Below, piece after piece: positions 18,629 to 28,368 of a stretch of 64,000 nucleotides of DNA. Each line of letters starts with the position of its first letter. The stretch's first letter is position 1. The notes under the pieces were generated by a model. That model was not told the DNA's origin. It searched no databases and was given only the letters and a program-made list of their open reading frames with translations. A program made the translations under genes and the position numbers. The DNA comes from an uncultured virus (IMG/VR IMGVR_UViG_3300030085_002643) (lineage: Duplodnaviria > Heunggongvirae > Uroviricota > Caudoviricetes > Kyanoviridae): the IMG/VR virus record IMGVR_UViG_3300030085_002643. One strand, given 5' to 3'.

Positions 18629-20077
18629 ATGGCTAATCAAGGTTTACTTGCACAATCAAAACCAGCGAGCAATACTAACACTCTGTTGTATGGTGCTCCT
18701 ATTGATAAATCTGCGAGCACAATGATCAACGTCGCTAATGACGGAACAGCATCAGACTACTCTGTTGCTCTTAAGAATTTTGATCAAAAGTTAGTGGTAG
18801 ATGGTTCTGGTGCATATAAGTTGCATGAGTATGATGTCATCACTGCATATAAGATGACAGTCAATACTGCATTTGATCCTGCAGCACAAGGTTTTTCTGG
18901 TGGTCTTCAAATCACAAGTAGTGATAATGAACTTAAGTTCAAATACGAGTCTGCAATTATCCCCTCGTATGTAGAACTTTTTGTAAAAACAGTTGCTATT
19001 AGACAGATTACAATTGAAAGTGTTACTGGTACATTCTCAATTGGTAATACTATTACTAAAGGTGCTGGTAGTGACACAACTACTGCAACAGTTTTCGCTA
19101 TTAACGGTTCTATTCTTCATGTAGGTCCATCTACTATTAACGGATCTGGATCTGAATTTGCTGCTGGTGATAGTATTTCAAACGGTGCTGGTGCATCAGG
19201 TACGATCGCAACTGGTGGTGTTGGATCCGCTTCTAATAAATTTGCATTCTCTAGCACATCAGGCGGAACTTATGATCTTCATTTGATTTCTGCTAACAAC
19301 GGTCTTGCATTGTTCAACGATAGAACATACAGGTTTAATCTTTCAGATTCTTCCAACGCTAGTGAGGTTTTTGCATTATCAACAACTATTAATGGAGAGT
19401 ATGGTTCTGACGGAACCACTGGTAACTCTGACGATGGAACTGAGTATACCACTGGTAAAACTACTAGTGGCACCATTGGTCAGAGTGGTGCATATATTCA
19501 ATATGTGTTTACCTCTGCCACACCTGCTATCCTGTATTGGTATAACAGTGACACTGGAACTGCTACTAACAGTAGTTTTGGTGGATCTGATGCGTTTTTT
19601 ACGACAACCACTACTCCTACATTCACTGAATTTTACGTTTATGATGTAGAGGGAACATGGGTAAATGGTTCATCCAGTTTCGTACAAAATAGTATTACAT
19701 ATACTGTTACTGCTCAAACTGCTGGTGCATACGGTTATGTCCGTAGTTACAGCGGCACTACACTGTATGTAATTAAAGGAAAGAACTCCGCAGACTTCGC
19801 TGGATCGGATACTTTCTTGGATAATCCTAAGTTAAATTCAGCATCAAGATCTACTGTAACAGTCAATAGTGTTGGTGTTGCAACTACTGCTGTGGAAAGT
19901 AATTATATTATTGATGGTGCAACTAATGCTGCTCATGCGGTAGCAAAAAATACCTCTATTGTTGTTGGACCTGGTGAGAGATTGATTATCAACAGCACCA
20001 CTAACAATAACACGTTCTCTCTGATTGGGTTTGAGGATTCCTCGACCTCGTTCACTCCAAGAACTTTTGGAACCTGA
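18629..20077 (+). CDS. virion structural protein
   Basis: Thr/Ser/Gly-rich beta protein within a late operon. Confidence 0.7.
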   Translation: MANQGLLAQSKPASNTNTLLYGAPIDKSASTMINVANDGTASDYSVALKNFDQKLVVDGSGAYKLHEYDVITAYKMTVNTAFDPAAQGFSGGLQITSSDNELKFKYESAIIPSYVELFVKTVAIRQITIESVTGTFSIGNTITKGAGSDTTTATVFAINGSILHVGPSTINGSGSEFAAGDSISNGAGASGTIATGGVGSASNKFAFSSTSGGTYDLHLISANNGLALFNDRTYRFNLSDSSNASEVFALSTTINGEYGSDGTTGNSDDGTEYTTGKTTSGTIGQSGAYIQYVFTSATPAILYWYNSDTGTATNSSFGGSDAFFTTTTTPTFTEFYVYDVEGTWVNGSSSFVQNSITYTVTAQTAGAYGYVRSYSGTTLYVIKGKNSADFAGSDTFLDNPKLNSASRSTVTVNSVGVATTAVESNYIIDGATNAAHAVAKNTSIVVGPGERLIINSTTNNNTFSLIGFEDSSTSFTPRTFGT

Positions 20078-20112
20078 TCACTCTAATAAATACTAAAAAA
20101 GCAGCGTAAGCA

Positions 20113-23100
20113 ATGTCCCTTACTAGACTAAAGAATATTATTACGTCCAGAACTGGACGTATTATCTATGTCAACCCTGACGACTTCGACGCCTCTGATG
20201 CCATTGACAACAGGGGCAACTCTGCGTTAAGACCGTTCAAATCTTTACAAAGGGCATTTCTTGAAGTTGCAAGATTTTCATACCGAGTAGGTCTGTCAAA
20301 CGACGAATTTGATGCCTTCTCCATCATGCTGTATCCAGCAGAATATGTTGTTGATAATAGACCTGGTGAAGTATTATATACAAACGTTGCACCCATTGAT
20401 GCTAACTCAAACTTAGATCTTACATCACCAAACAACGTATTACATAAATTCAATTCCGTCGAAGGTGGTATTATCGTTCCTAGAGGTTGCTCTCTAGTTG
20501 GAACTGACCTTCGTCGTACAAAAATTATTCCTAAGTATGTTCCATACCCTACTACTTACGCTGCAAAGGGTATTAATACTGAAGATCAAGTTCCTCCTCG
20601 CACTGCTATCTTTAAGGTAACTGGTGGTACATATTTCTGGCAGTTCTCCTTCTTTGATGGTGCTGAAGAAGGTGTATATTTTAAACCTGATAGCACTGAG
20701 ACACTTGCACCTAAGTTCTCTCACCATAGATTGACTTGTTTTGAGTTTGCTGATGGTCTTAATCCATTGTCAACTCTTATCACTAATGGCACTGTTCCTT
20801 CTGGTGATTATTCTGCTGTATCTAATATCCTGCAGAGAACTGACTTAGAAATCTACTATCAAAAAGTATCTAAAGCATTCGCAACTATTCCTGACACTTC
20901 TGGTGATCCTGCAACTGACCAGATTCAGGCAAGAGTTGAAGAAAACAGAATCGTTGGTCCTATTTCAGATGAATACAGAGTCCTTCAGATCACAAGAAAT
21001 GGTCAGACAGCAACGGCAGTTACTGTTGACGAGTTTGATAACCCCAGAGACCATGGATTTTCCGTTGGCGTTAACATTAACGTTAGTGGTGTTACTGGAT
21101 CAACTGGACCGCAATCCGAAGTTGATGCAGGACTTTATAACGGAAGTTTCACAGTCACATCCGCATCTGGTAACGTCTTCACATATCAAATGCAAGGGGA
21201 ACCAACAGGAAACGCTGTAGGTTCTAACATTACTGTTAAAACTGAGATTGATACTGTTGACTCTGCATCACCATATGCATTTAACCTATCACTGAGATCG
21301 GTGTGGGGTATGAATGGTATGCACGCTGATGGTAGCAAAGCAACTGGTTTCAAATCGATGGTTGTTGCACAGTTTACTGGTCTATCTCTACAAAAAGATG
21401 ATAGAGCATTCGTAAGATATAATGCATCAACTGGTAATTATGATGTAGCAACTGCTGGTGATGGTGCTCACTTAGATGGTTTCGCTGAGTATCGTAAGGG
21501 TTGGGGACATGAGCACATTAAGTGTTCTAATGACTCCTTCATTCAGGCAGTTTCGGTGTTCGCTGTTGGATATCAGGGTCACTTCACAGCACTTAGCGGT
21601 GGTGACATGTCAATTACTAACAGTAACTCTAACTTTGGTAATACTGCACTTAGATCTGCTGGATTCAAAGCAAAAGCATTCTCGAAAGATAAAGCAGGTG
21701 CGATCACTCATATCATTCCACCGAAAGCACTCAATACAATTTCAACAACTGCAACAGGTACATCTGGTGCATTAACCATTACACTTGCCAATGATGGATC
21801 TGTTAATGGTGTCATTCAAGGTATGACAATCACTGGAACTAATATTGGTTCTGCTGCCACTGTCGCTTCCGTTAATACAAATACAAGAGTAGTTACACTC
21901 TCTGTTGCAAACACAGGAACAGTTAATGGTAACGTTATTTTTGGCGAAGAAACTTCCGTTAACTGGGTAAACATTGATATTCAAAGAACAAAGACAATCA
22001 ACACAGCATTGTCTGGACAAGGAGGAACACCTGGCACACGACTCTATCTTTATGGGTATACGGTTGAAGCGTCACCTCCTACATCTAGAGTCCAAGGTTT
22101 CACCGTTGGTGCTCGTCAAGATGGCACGGGTAATAGTGCTGTCGCGGATAAAATCAACTGTCTCTTAGTAGCACAAGGTGCAAGTACAGCAACAGTTCAG
22201 TCTGCAAGTATTTCACCTTATGGTCCTAGTGTATCTGGTCTTGCTGCTGGTGCAACTGGATCCCCATTGCAATATGATAGTGCAACATATACTATCAATG
22301 GTGTTGCAGGTTCAGTTGGTGGTTGGTATCTTAGCGTATCTGCTACTAACAACAGCATTTATGATGCTCTCGCAAATAATACACAGTATAATACTGTTAG
22401 TTTCACACCTACAACGTTCATTAAGAGGATTCCTGACCCTCGTGACTTACAAGATAGAACCTATCGTGTACGTTATGTAATTGATAAGGACAAAACGAAT
22501 CCCCTGCCTAGAGATCCTATCAGTGGTTTCGTGATGCAACCTCTGAATAGTGATACTACATCCTATAATTTACAACGTGCCTTCTATATCTACGATATTG
22601 AGGTTGTTCAAAAGTTTGAAAGAGGTGTTGCCGATGGAATCTATTACCTTACCTTGCTTTGTGCATCTATTGCACCTACAACTTCTAACTTCAACGACAG
22701 GAAGTTCTCTCAAAACGTCAACGAAGTCTATCCTACGTTTGACAGAGACAACCCTATTGCTGACCCTGCTGCTGCGGTATCCGTCGCTGACAATGTTACT
22801 ATCGGATTAGTTAATGCTACTGATGGTGCTACACCAACACCTGCCGCAGATCCTAAGAGATCTATTACTAAGGAAGCAGTACAGTTCTTACTTACAGATA
22901 CAGGTTGGACACAACCAGGCACAACGCCAAACTACGATTCTGTTAACGAACGTCTTTCTAGTATCGAACTTACTGCCCGTGCAGGTGACGAAGAAACCCG
23001 TAAGATCAATATCAGAGAAGACAATACAGGAACGGTTGCACCTATTAACGTAGAGTTTAGACGACATTCTATTCTCAGATCTGGTAACCATACATTTGAA

Positions 23101-24075
23101 TATCTTGGTTTCGGACCAGGTAACTATTCAACTGCATTCCCTCAAACTCAGGTAGAAACATTATCACCCGAACAGATTAGATTCTCTCAATCTATCAAAG
23201 AGGAAGGTGGAGTTTCATTCTACTCAGGTCTTAACTCTAACGGTGACCTGTTTATTGGTAACCAAGTTATCAACCCTGTTACAGGTCAGATTACTAACGA
23301 AGATATTGCACAGTTGAATGTTGTTGGTGAAGAAAATACTACAATTGAAACATTCTCTGAGTTGGTTCTTACCGATAAACTAACAGTTATTGGTGGTGCA
23401 TCAAACGCATTAGAATCTATTTTCGCTGGTCCTGTTACTTTCCAAGGACAAACTACATTTACAAATAATATTACTGCTAAGAAGTTTACCTACAACAACC
23501 AAGATGGTACAGTAATTAAGCAAACCCTACTAGCACCTGAAGATGCAAACGGAAACCCCAGTTTTGCTAATATCACAGGATACGATACGCCTGGCGATGG
23601 TGATATTGTTTATAACATCAACTGGTCACCTGGCAAGTCTCTTGGTTGGATTTACCACAACGGCGTCTGGTATGAGTTTGGTCTCACGGATACTGGTCAA
23701 ATTAATGTTATTAATGACTCTGGTGTCACGAGGATTGGTCTTGGTGTTGCTCCTACGTCTCCTTACAGGGCAAACATCAATGGTTCCGTAAGGGTAGATG
23801 GTGACTTAGTTGTTACTGGTCGTGGTTCTGTTTCTGCAAGCAAATATATTACCAAAACATATACAGGTAATGGATCTCAATTGACATTTGCAGTCACTAC
23901 TTATGGTGGTGGTATTCAACATACTGATGATTCACTCTTAGTATTCTTGAATGGTGTTGCCCAAATTGCGGGAACTAATTACACAGTAGACTCTAATGGA
24001 GCAAACGTAGTATTCAGTTCTGGAGACGCACCACAATCTACAGATACGGTGCATATTCTTGAATTGCCTATCTAA
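20113..24075 (+). CDS. large tail fibre/tailspike-like protein (probable beta-helix)
   Basis: MSLTRLKN..., RPFKSLQRA, VPRGCSLVGTDLRRT, SPY..NLS, GGDMSITNSNSNFG; ATAAATA at 20086-20092. Confidence 0.8.
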   Translation: MSLTRLKNIITSRTGRIIYVNPDDFDASDAIDNRGNSALRPFKSLQRAFLEVARFSYRVGLSNDEFDAFSIMLYPAEYVVDNRPGEVLYTNVAPIDANSNLDLTSPNNVLHKFNSVEGGIIVPRGCSLVGTDLRRTKIIPKYVPYPTTYAAKGINTEDQVPPRTAIFKVTGGTYFWQFSFFDGAEEGVYFKPDSTETLAPKFSHHRLTCFEFADGLNPLSTLITNGTVPSGDYSAVSNILQRTDLEIYYQKVSKAFATIPDTSGDPATDQIQARVEENRIVGPISDEYRVLQITRNGQTATAVTVDEFDNPRDHGFSVGVNINVSGVTGSTGPQSEVDAGLYNGSFTVTSASGNVFTYQMQGEPTGNAVGSNITVKTEIDTVDSASPYAFNLSLRSVWGMNGMHADGSKATGFKSMVVAQFTGLSLQKDDRAFVRYNASTGNYDVATAGDGAHLDGFAEYRKGWGHEHIKCSNDSFIQAVSVFAVGYQGHFTALSGGDMSITNSNSNFGNTALRSAGFKAKAFSKDKAGAITHIIPPKALNTISTTATGTSGALTITLANDGSVNGVIQGMTITGTNIGSAATVASVNTNTRVVTLSVANTGTVNGNVIFGEETSVNWVNIDIQRTKTINTALSGQGGTPGTRLYLYGYTVEASPPTSRVQGFTVGARQDGTGNSAVADKINCLLVAQGASTATVQSASISPYGPSVSGLAAGATGSPLQYDSATYTINGVAGSVGGWYLSVSATNNSIYDALANNTQYNTVSFTPTTFIKRIPDPRDLQDRTYRVRYVIDKDKTNPLPRDPISGFVMQPLNSDTTSYNLQRAFYIYDIEVVQKFERGVADGIYYLTLLCASIAPTTSNFNDRKFSQNVNEVYPTFDRDNPIADPAAAVSVADNVTIGLVNATDGATPTPAADPKRSITKEAVQFLLTDTGWTQPGTTPNYDSVNERLSSIELTARAGDEETRKINIREDNTGTVAPINVEFRRHSILRSGNHTFEYLGFGPGNYSTAFPQTQVETLSPEQIRFSQSIKEEGGVSFYSGLNSNGDLFIGNQVINPVTGQITNEDIAQLNVVGEENTTIETFSELVLTDKLTVIGGASNALESIFAGPVTFQGQTTFTNNITAKKFTYNNQDGTVIKQTLLAPEDANGNPSFANITGYDTPGDGDIVYNINWSPGKSLGWIYHNGVWYEFGLTDTGQINVINDSGVTRIGLGVAPTSPYRANINGSVRVDGDLVVTGRGSVSASKYITKTYTGNGSQLTFAVTTYGGGIQHTDDSLLVFLNGVAQIAGTNYTVDSNGANVVFSSGDAPQSTDTVHILELPI

Positions 24076-24101
24076 ATAACAAGGAGGGTATGTAATAAAA
24101 A

Positions 24102-24518
24102 ATGGCACTTACAAAGATTAGCGGCAATCAGATTGCCGACTCAACATCAGCGATTATTACCACACTAAGTTTTTTGAACACTGGTAGTGTTTTTAGACTT
24201 CCAGCAGGTACAACAGCACAGAGACCGACTGGTATTTCTGTTGGAACCATGCGTTTCAATACAACTCTGGATGCTGCTGAAGTATACAAAGCAGATGATG
24301 GAACAGGATCTGCTGGATGGTCTTCAGTTGCTGGCGGTGGTCCTTCTCTTGGCACAGATAGTATCATCAGAACAAACCCAACTACCATTTCAGAAAATAT
24401 TACAGTTGGTCCTACGGCAGGTGCAGAATTTGCCAACGGAATGAGTGCGGGTCCTATCACAGTAGCGAGTGGTTACACTGTTACAGTCGAATCGGGTGGA
24501 TCATGGAGTGTTGTCTAA
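24102..24518 (+). CDS. small virion fibre/decoration protein
   Basis: LPAGTTAQRP...GTMRFNT module and C-terminal GMSAGPITVASGYTVTV; TAAATA at 24073-24078. Confidence 0.75.
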   Translation: MALTKISGNQIADSTSAIITTLSFLNTGSVFRLPAGTTAQRPTGISVGTMRFNTTLDAAEVYKADDGTGSAGWSSVAGGGPSLGTDSIIRTNPTTISENITVGPTAGAEFANGMSAGPITVASGYTVTVESGGSWSVV

Positions 24519-25412
24519 ATGAAACTCAATGTTGCTCAAATCCAAGGATTACTTGCTAATAATTTTCAAGTAACTGTTGATGCAGATGCTGCATTGAATT
24601 TTACCGCAGGGTCCGAATTAATTGTTACAAACCTGACAACTAGTCATATGGTTGTTCCTTATGGAACTACTACTGAATGGGACGTGCAGCAAAGAGTTCA
24701 TCAAAAAACTTTTTTGAATGGACAGATAAGATATAATACATCCGATAATCAAGTGGAGGTATATTATAATGGTGGTTGGTTACCATTATCTACAGGCACT
24801 GCCGCTCAAGAGATTGGAACTCAATCTAATCCTGCTATAGATGGTAATGCTTTGATGGCAGCAGGAAAATCTTCTGGAATCTATTGGATTCAACCAGAGG
24901 GACAATCTGCATATCAAATGTACGTTGATAACAGTAGAAATGGTGGTGGATGGGTCTTATGTGCTCATGTTAGAACTAGCACTTGCCAAGATCATATGAC
25001 TACAGGATCAGTTAGAATTAGTGGAACTACAGGTCCAAGAACAAATAATACATCTACAACTAAAATGTCGGATGATTGGATTCAAGCATTAAGAAACGGT
25101 TCTGCATATACTGGTAATACTGCATATTGGTTGGAAGCAACTGGTTTCAATAAAAATATGTTTGTTCAAAGTGAAGCAACTGTAAATTTAAACAATAGTG
25201 CTTCTGAAGATAATCCTAGAACAAGAGTTTCTACTAGTTATCAGGGTGCTTTATCCGACAGAGGTCCTAACACAGGAACCAGAGGTTTTGGTGACCATCA
25301 TACTTCAGGTGGCACTTATTTTGCTTGGGGTAGACATCCTGAGTCAGGTAACAACTGTGGATTCAGGGAAGACTCTTTGGGTGCATCTAACGGATACTTA
25401 TGGGTAAAGTAA
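24519..25412 (+). CDS. virion protein with fibrinogen-C-like domain, paralog A
   Basis: SGIYWIQP...YQMYVD..RNGGGWVL motif of fibrinogen-related domains. Confidence 0.7.
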   Translation: MKLNVAQIQGLLANNFQVTVDADAALNFTAGSELIVTNLTTSHMVVPYGTTTEWDVQQRVHQKTFLNGQIRYNTSDNQVEVYYNGGWLPLSTGTAAQEIGTQSNPAIDGNALMAAGKSSGIYWIQPEGQSAYQMYVDNSRNGGGWVLCAHVRTSTCQDHMTTGSVRISGTTGPRTNNTSTTKMSDDWIQALRNGSAYTGNTAYWLEATGFNKNMFVQSEATVNLNNSASEDNPRTRVSTSYQGALSDRGPNTGTRGFGDHHTSGGTYFAWGRHPESGNNCGFREDSLGASNGYLWVK

Positions 25413-26297
25413 ATGAGTAGAGTAACTATCGGAAAATTAGGTGGCATTTCTACTACTTTAGGACAGGTCACAATCCCATCTGGACACACTCTAAATGTTC
25501 AGGGTGATATTTTTCATCATAATAATACTGGGGCAATGAAGTTGCCAGCAGGTACAGATGCACAAAGACCTGGTAGTCCTGCTACTGGTGTTATCAGATT
25601 TAATACTGAATCTAATCTTGCAGAAGTTTATACTGGAAGTTCATGGGAGACAATTGTTGGAACAGGTGGTGGAGCAGTCACTAGTACTTTAGGAACGCAA
25701 GCAAATCCTGCAACACATGGATTACAGTTAAAAAACGCTGGTTTACCATCTGGATTGTATTGGATTCAACCATCTGGTCAGTCAGCATATCGAATGTATG
25801 TTGATAATGATCGCAATGGTGGTGGATGGGTTTTGATGGCACATGTAAGAACTTCTACATGTCAAGACCATATGACTAATAATTCGGTTAGAATACAAAA
25901 CAACATAGGACCTAGATTTGGAAATACATCAACCACTAAAATGGCGGATAGTTGGATTAATGCTGTTCGTAGTGCTTCAACTTATAGTGGTTCAACACGT
26001 TGGTGGTTAGAAGCACATGGTTTTGGTAATCCTGTAAAGAATATGTTTGTCGCTAGTGGTGCTACTGCTGACTTAAATGGATCTGCTAGTAATCAAAATG
26101 ATAGAACAAGGGTCTCTACTTCATATGAAGGTGGTTTATCTGATAGAGGTCCTAACACAGGAACCAGAGGTTTAGGCGATCACCATACTTCGGGTGGTAC
26201 CTATTTTGCTTGGGGTAGACACCCTGAGTCAGGAAACAACTGCGGTTTCCGTGAAGATAGTCTAGGTGCATCTAACGGTTACCTTTGGATGAAATAA
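25413..26297 (+). CDS. virion protein with fibrinogen-C-like domain, paralog B
   Basis: LPAGTDAQRP module, SGLYWIQP...RNGGGWVL; C-terminus near-identical to A and C. Confidence 0.7.
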   Translation: MSRVTIGKLGGISTTLGQVTIPSGHTLNVQGDIFHHNNTGAMKLPAGTDAQRPGSPATGVIRFNTESNLAEVYTGSSWETIVGTGGGAVTSTLGTQANPATHGLQLKNAGLPSGLYWIQPSGQSAYRMYVDNDRNGGGWVLMAHVRTSTCQDHMTNNSVRIQNNIGPRFGNTSTTKMADSWINAVRSASTYSGSTRWWLEAHGFGNPVKNMFVASGATADLNGSASNQNDRTRVSTSYEGGLSDRGPNTGTRGLGDHHTSGGTYFAWGRHPESGNNCGFREDSLGASNGYLWMK

Positions 26298-26310
26298 ATA
26301 GATAAAAACC

Positions 26311-27171
26311 ATGAGCGTATTACGAGTTGGCGAAATATTTGGGTCTACGGAAACAGACCGACTAATCACCATGGAGAGCACTAACAACATCAGTGTTGTT
26401 GGAACTCTTGCTCATAATCGCCTGAGTAGAATGACAATCCCTCAAGGAACTACAGCGCAGAGACCTAGTAGTCCACAAGCAGGACACATAAGAATTAATA
26501 CAGATGCTGATAAGAATTATGTTGAAATTTATGATGGAACAACATGGTATCGAGCATCTGGCACCTCAGCAGGCACTGTAGGAACACAAGCAAGTCCTGT
26601 CACAAATACTGGTCAATTAGCGGGTCAACCTAGTGGGTTGTATTGGATTCAACCACCTGGTCAGACATCATATGAAATGTATGTTGATATGACTAGAAAT
26701 GGTGGTGGATGGGTATTATGTGCTCATGTTAGAACTAGCACTTGTCAGGATCATATGACTAACAATTCGGTCAGAATTAGTGGAACTACAGGTCCTAGAA
26801 CAACAGATACATCAACAACTAAGATGGCGGATGCTTGGATTCAAGCATTAGTTAATGGTTCCTCTTATAATGGTTCTACTAGATATTGGATGGAAGCAAC
26901 TGGATTCAATAAAGATGTGTTCATTGATTCTACTGCTACAGTTGACTTATTAGCATCTGCTTCTAATAATAACCCTAGAACTAGAGTCTCTAATCAATAT
27001 CAAGGTAGTCTCTCTGATAGAGGTCCTAACACAGGAACTAGAGGTTTCGGTGACCACCATACCTCAGGTGGAACGTACTTTGCTTGGGGTAGACACCCTG
27101 AATCAGGTAACAACTGTGGATTTAGAGAAGATAGTTTAGGTGCATCTAACGGTTACCTTTGGGTAAAATGA
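26311..27171 (+). CDS. virion protein with fibrinogen-C-like domain, paralog C
   Basis: IPQGTTAQRP module, SGLYWIQP...RNGGGWVL; ATAAATA at 26294-26300. Confidence 0.7.
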   Translation: MSVLRVGEIFGSTETDRLITMESTNNISVVGTLAHNRLSRMTIPQGTTAQRPSSPQAGHIRINTDADKNYVEIYDGTTWYRASGTSAGTVGTQASPVTNTGQLAGQPSGLYWIQPPGQTSYEMYVDMTRNGGGWVLCAHVRTSTCQDHMTNNSVRISGTTGPRTTDTSTTKMADAWIQALVNGSSYNGSTRYWMEATGFNKDVFIDSTATVDLLASASNNNPRTRVSNQYQGSLSDRGPNTGTRGFGDHHTSGGTYFAWGRHPESGNNCGFREDSLGASNGYLWVK

Positions 27172-27201
27172 TAAATAAAACATACAGGATTTTTTTAAGA
27201 C

Positions 27202-28368
27202 ATGTCTGAAATTAAAGTAGACAAAGTTAAAGGTAGGCAGGCGGCAGCGAACGGTCCTGAAGTAACATTTGATTCTACTGGTAATATTTCTTTTGCTGGT
27301 AATATCTCATCTACTGGTGATGTTACTGCTGATGATGTTACAGTTAACTCTTTACTTCTTATTCCGAGATACAATACGAGTGCTTTACCTAGTAGTGCGA
27401 CTACAGGAACTATTGCATGGGATATAGATGATGAAGTAATTAAAGTTTGGAATGGAACCGAATGGGCAAATGTCGGTGATGGTGGTGGAGCAACTGGTTC
27501 TGGCGGTAGTGTATCAACAGCAGGTGGATATACCATTCACACTTTTACAAGTGGCGGTACCTTTACAGTTACTGGAAATGGAATGGTAGCAGACGCATTC
27601 TTAGTTGGTGGCGGTGCTGGTGGTGGAACTCGTAATGCTGGTCCTAACTCTGGTGGAACTGATGGCGGTTCAGGTGGTGGTGCTGGTGGATGGGTTCAAG
27701 TCTCTGGTATTAACCTCAACGCAGGATCTTATGGTGTTGGTGTCGGTGGTGGCGGTAATGGATTTCAATCTGGACAAAATCCTGGTCAGAATGGTTCACC
27801 CTCTACATTCAACGGTCTCGTAGCATACGGCGGCGGATATGGTGCATCAGGACCTGGTAACAGACCTGGTGGACCTGGTGGGTCTGGCGGTGGTGCTGGA
27901 GGTGGTGGAGGATCACCTGGTCAAGGTGGTGGAGCACAACAACCTGGTGCACCTGGTCAGTCTGGATCTAACGGACATGGAAATCCTGGTGGTCCTAATC
28001 CTAACCAAGCATGTTATTCTGGTTCAGGTGGTGGCGGTGCTGGTGGCAGTGGTGCTACTGGTGGAAACGGTCGTCAAGCACCTGGCGGTAATGGAAGAAA
28101 TAGCACATATTCTGGACAAAATATTACTTACGCTGGCGGCGGCGGAGGTGGCGGTGGTCATCCAGGTTCCTGTCGTGGAGGTAATGGAGGTTCTGGTGGC
28201 GGTGGTCACGGCGGTGTTGCTCCTCAGCGTTCCAACAATGGATACGGCGAAGCAGGTGCTAACCAACGCGGTGGCGGCGGTGGTGGAGGTGCTGGTAACC
28301 CGTGGCCCAACGGGTCAGGCGGTAACGGCGGTTCTGGCATCGTGATTATTAGATACCCAACACCCTAA
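27202..28368 (+). CDS. glycine-rich virion protein
   Basis: TIHTFTSGGTF...poly-Gly...GGSGIVIIRY domain boundaries; ATAAATA at 27171-27177. Confidence 0.8.
   Translation: MSEIKVDKVKGRQAAANGPEVTFDSTGNISFAGNISSTGDVTADDVTVNSLLLIPRYNTSALPSSATTGTIAWDIDDEVIKVWNGTEWANVGDGGGATGSGGSVSTAGGYTIHTFTSGGTFTVTGNGMVADAFLVGGGAGGGTRNAGPNSGGTDGGSGGGAGGWVQVSGINLNAGSYGVGVGGGGNGFQSGQNPGQNGSPSTFNGLVAYGGGYGASGPGNRPGGPGGSGGGAGGGGGSPGQGGGAQQPGAPGQSGSNGHGNPGGPNPNQACYSGSGGGGAGGSGATGGNGRQAPGGNGRNSTYSGQNITYAGGGGGGGGHPGSCRGGNGGSGGGGHGGVAPQRSNNGYGEAGANQRGGGGGGGAGNPWPNGSGGNGGSGIVIIRYPTP

Noticed and set aside
24519..27171. Diversity-generating retroelement (TR/VR) behind the repeated C-termini
   Set aside because: Differences are mostly synonymous and not adenine-specific, all copies are in intact genes, and no reverse transcriptase is present in the window.
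27600..28335. GGT/GGC-rich low-complexity DNA as a tandem repeat or collagen
   Set aside because: Explained by poly-Gly coding; no sustained G-X-Y periodicity.
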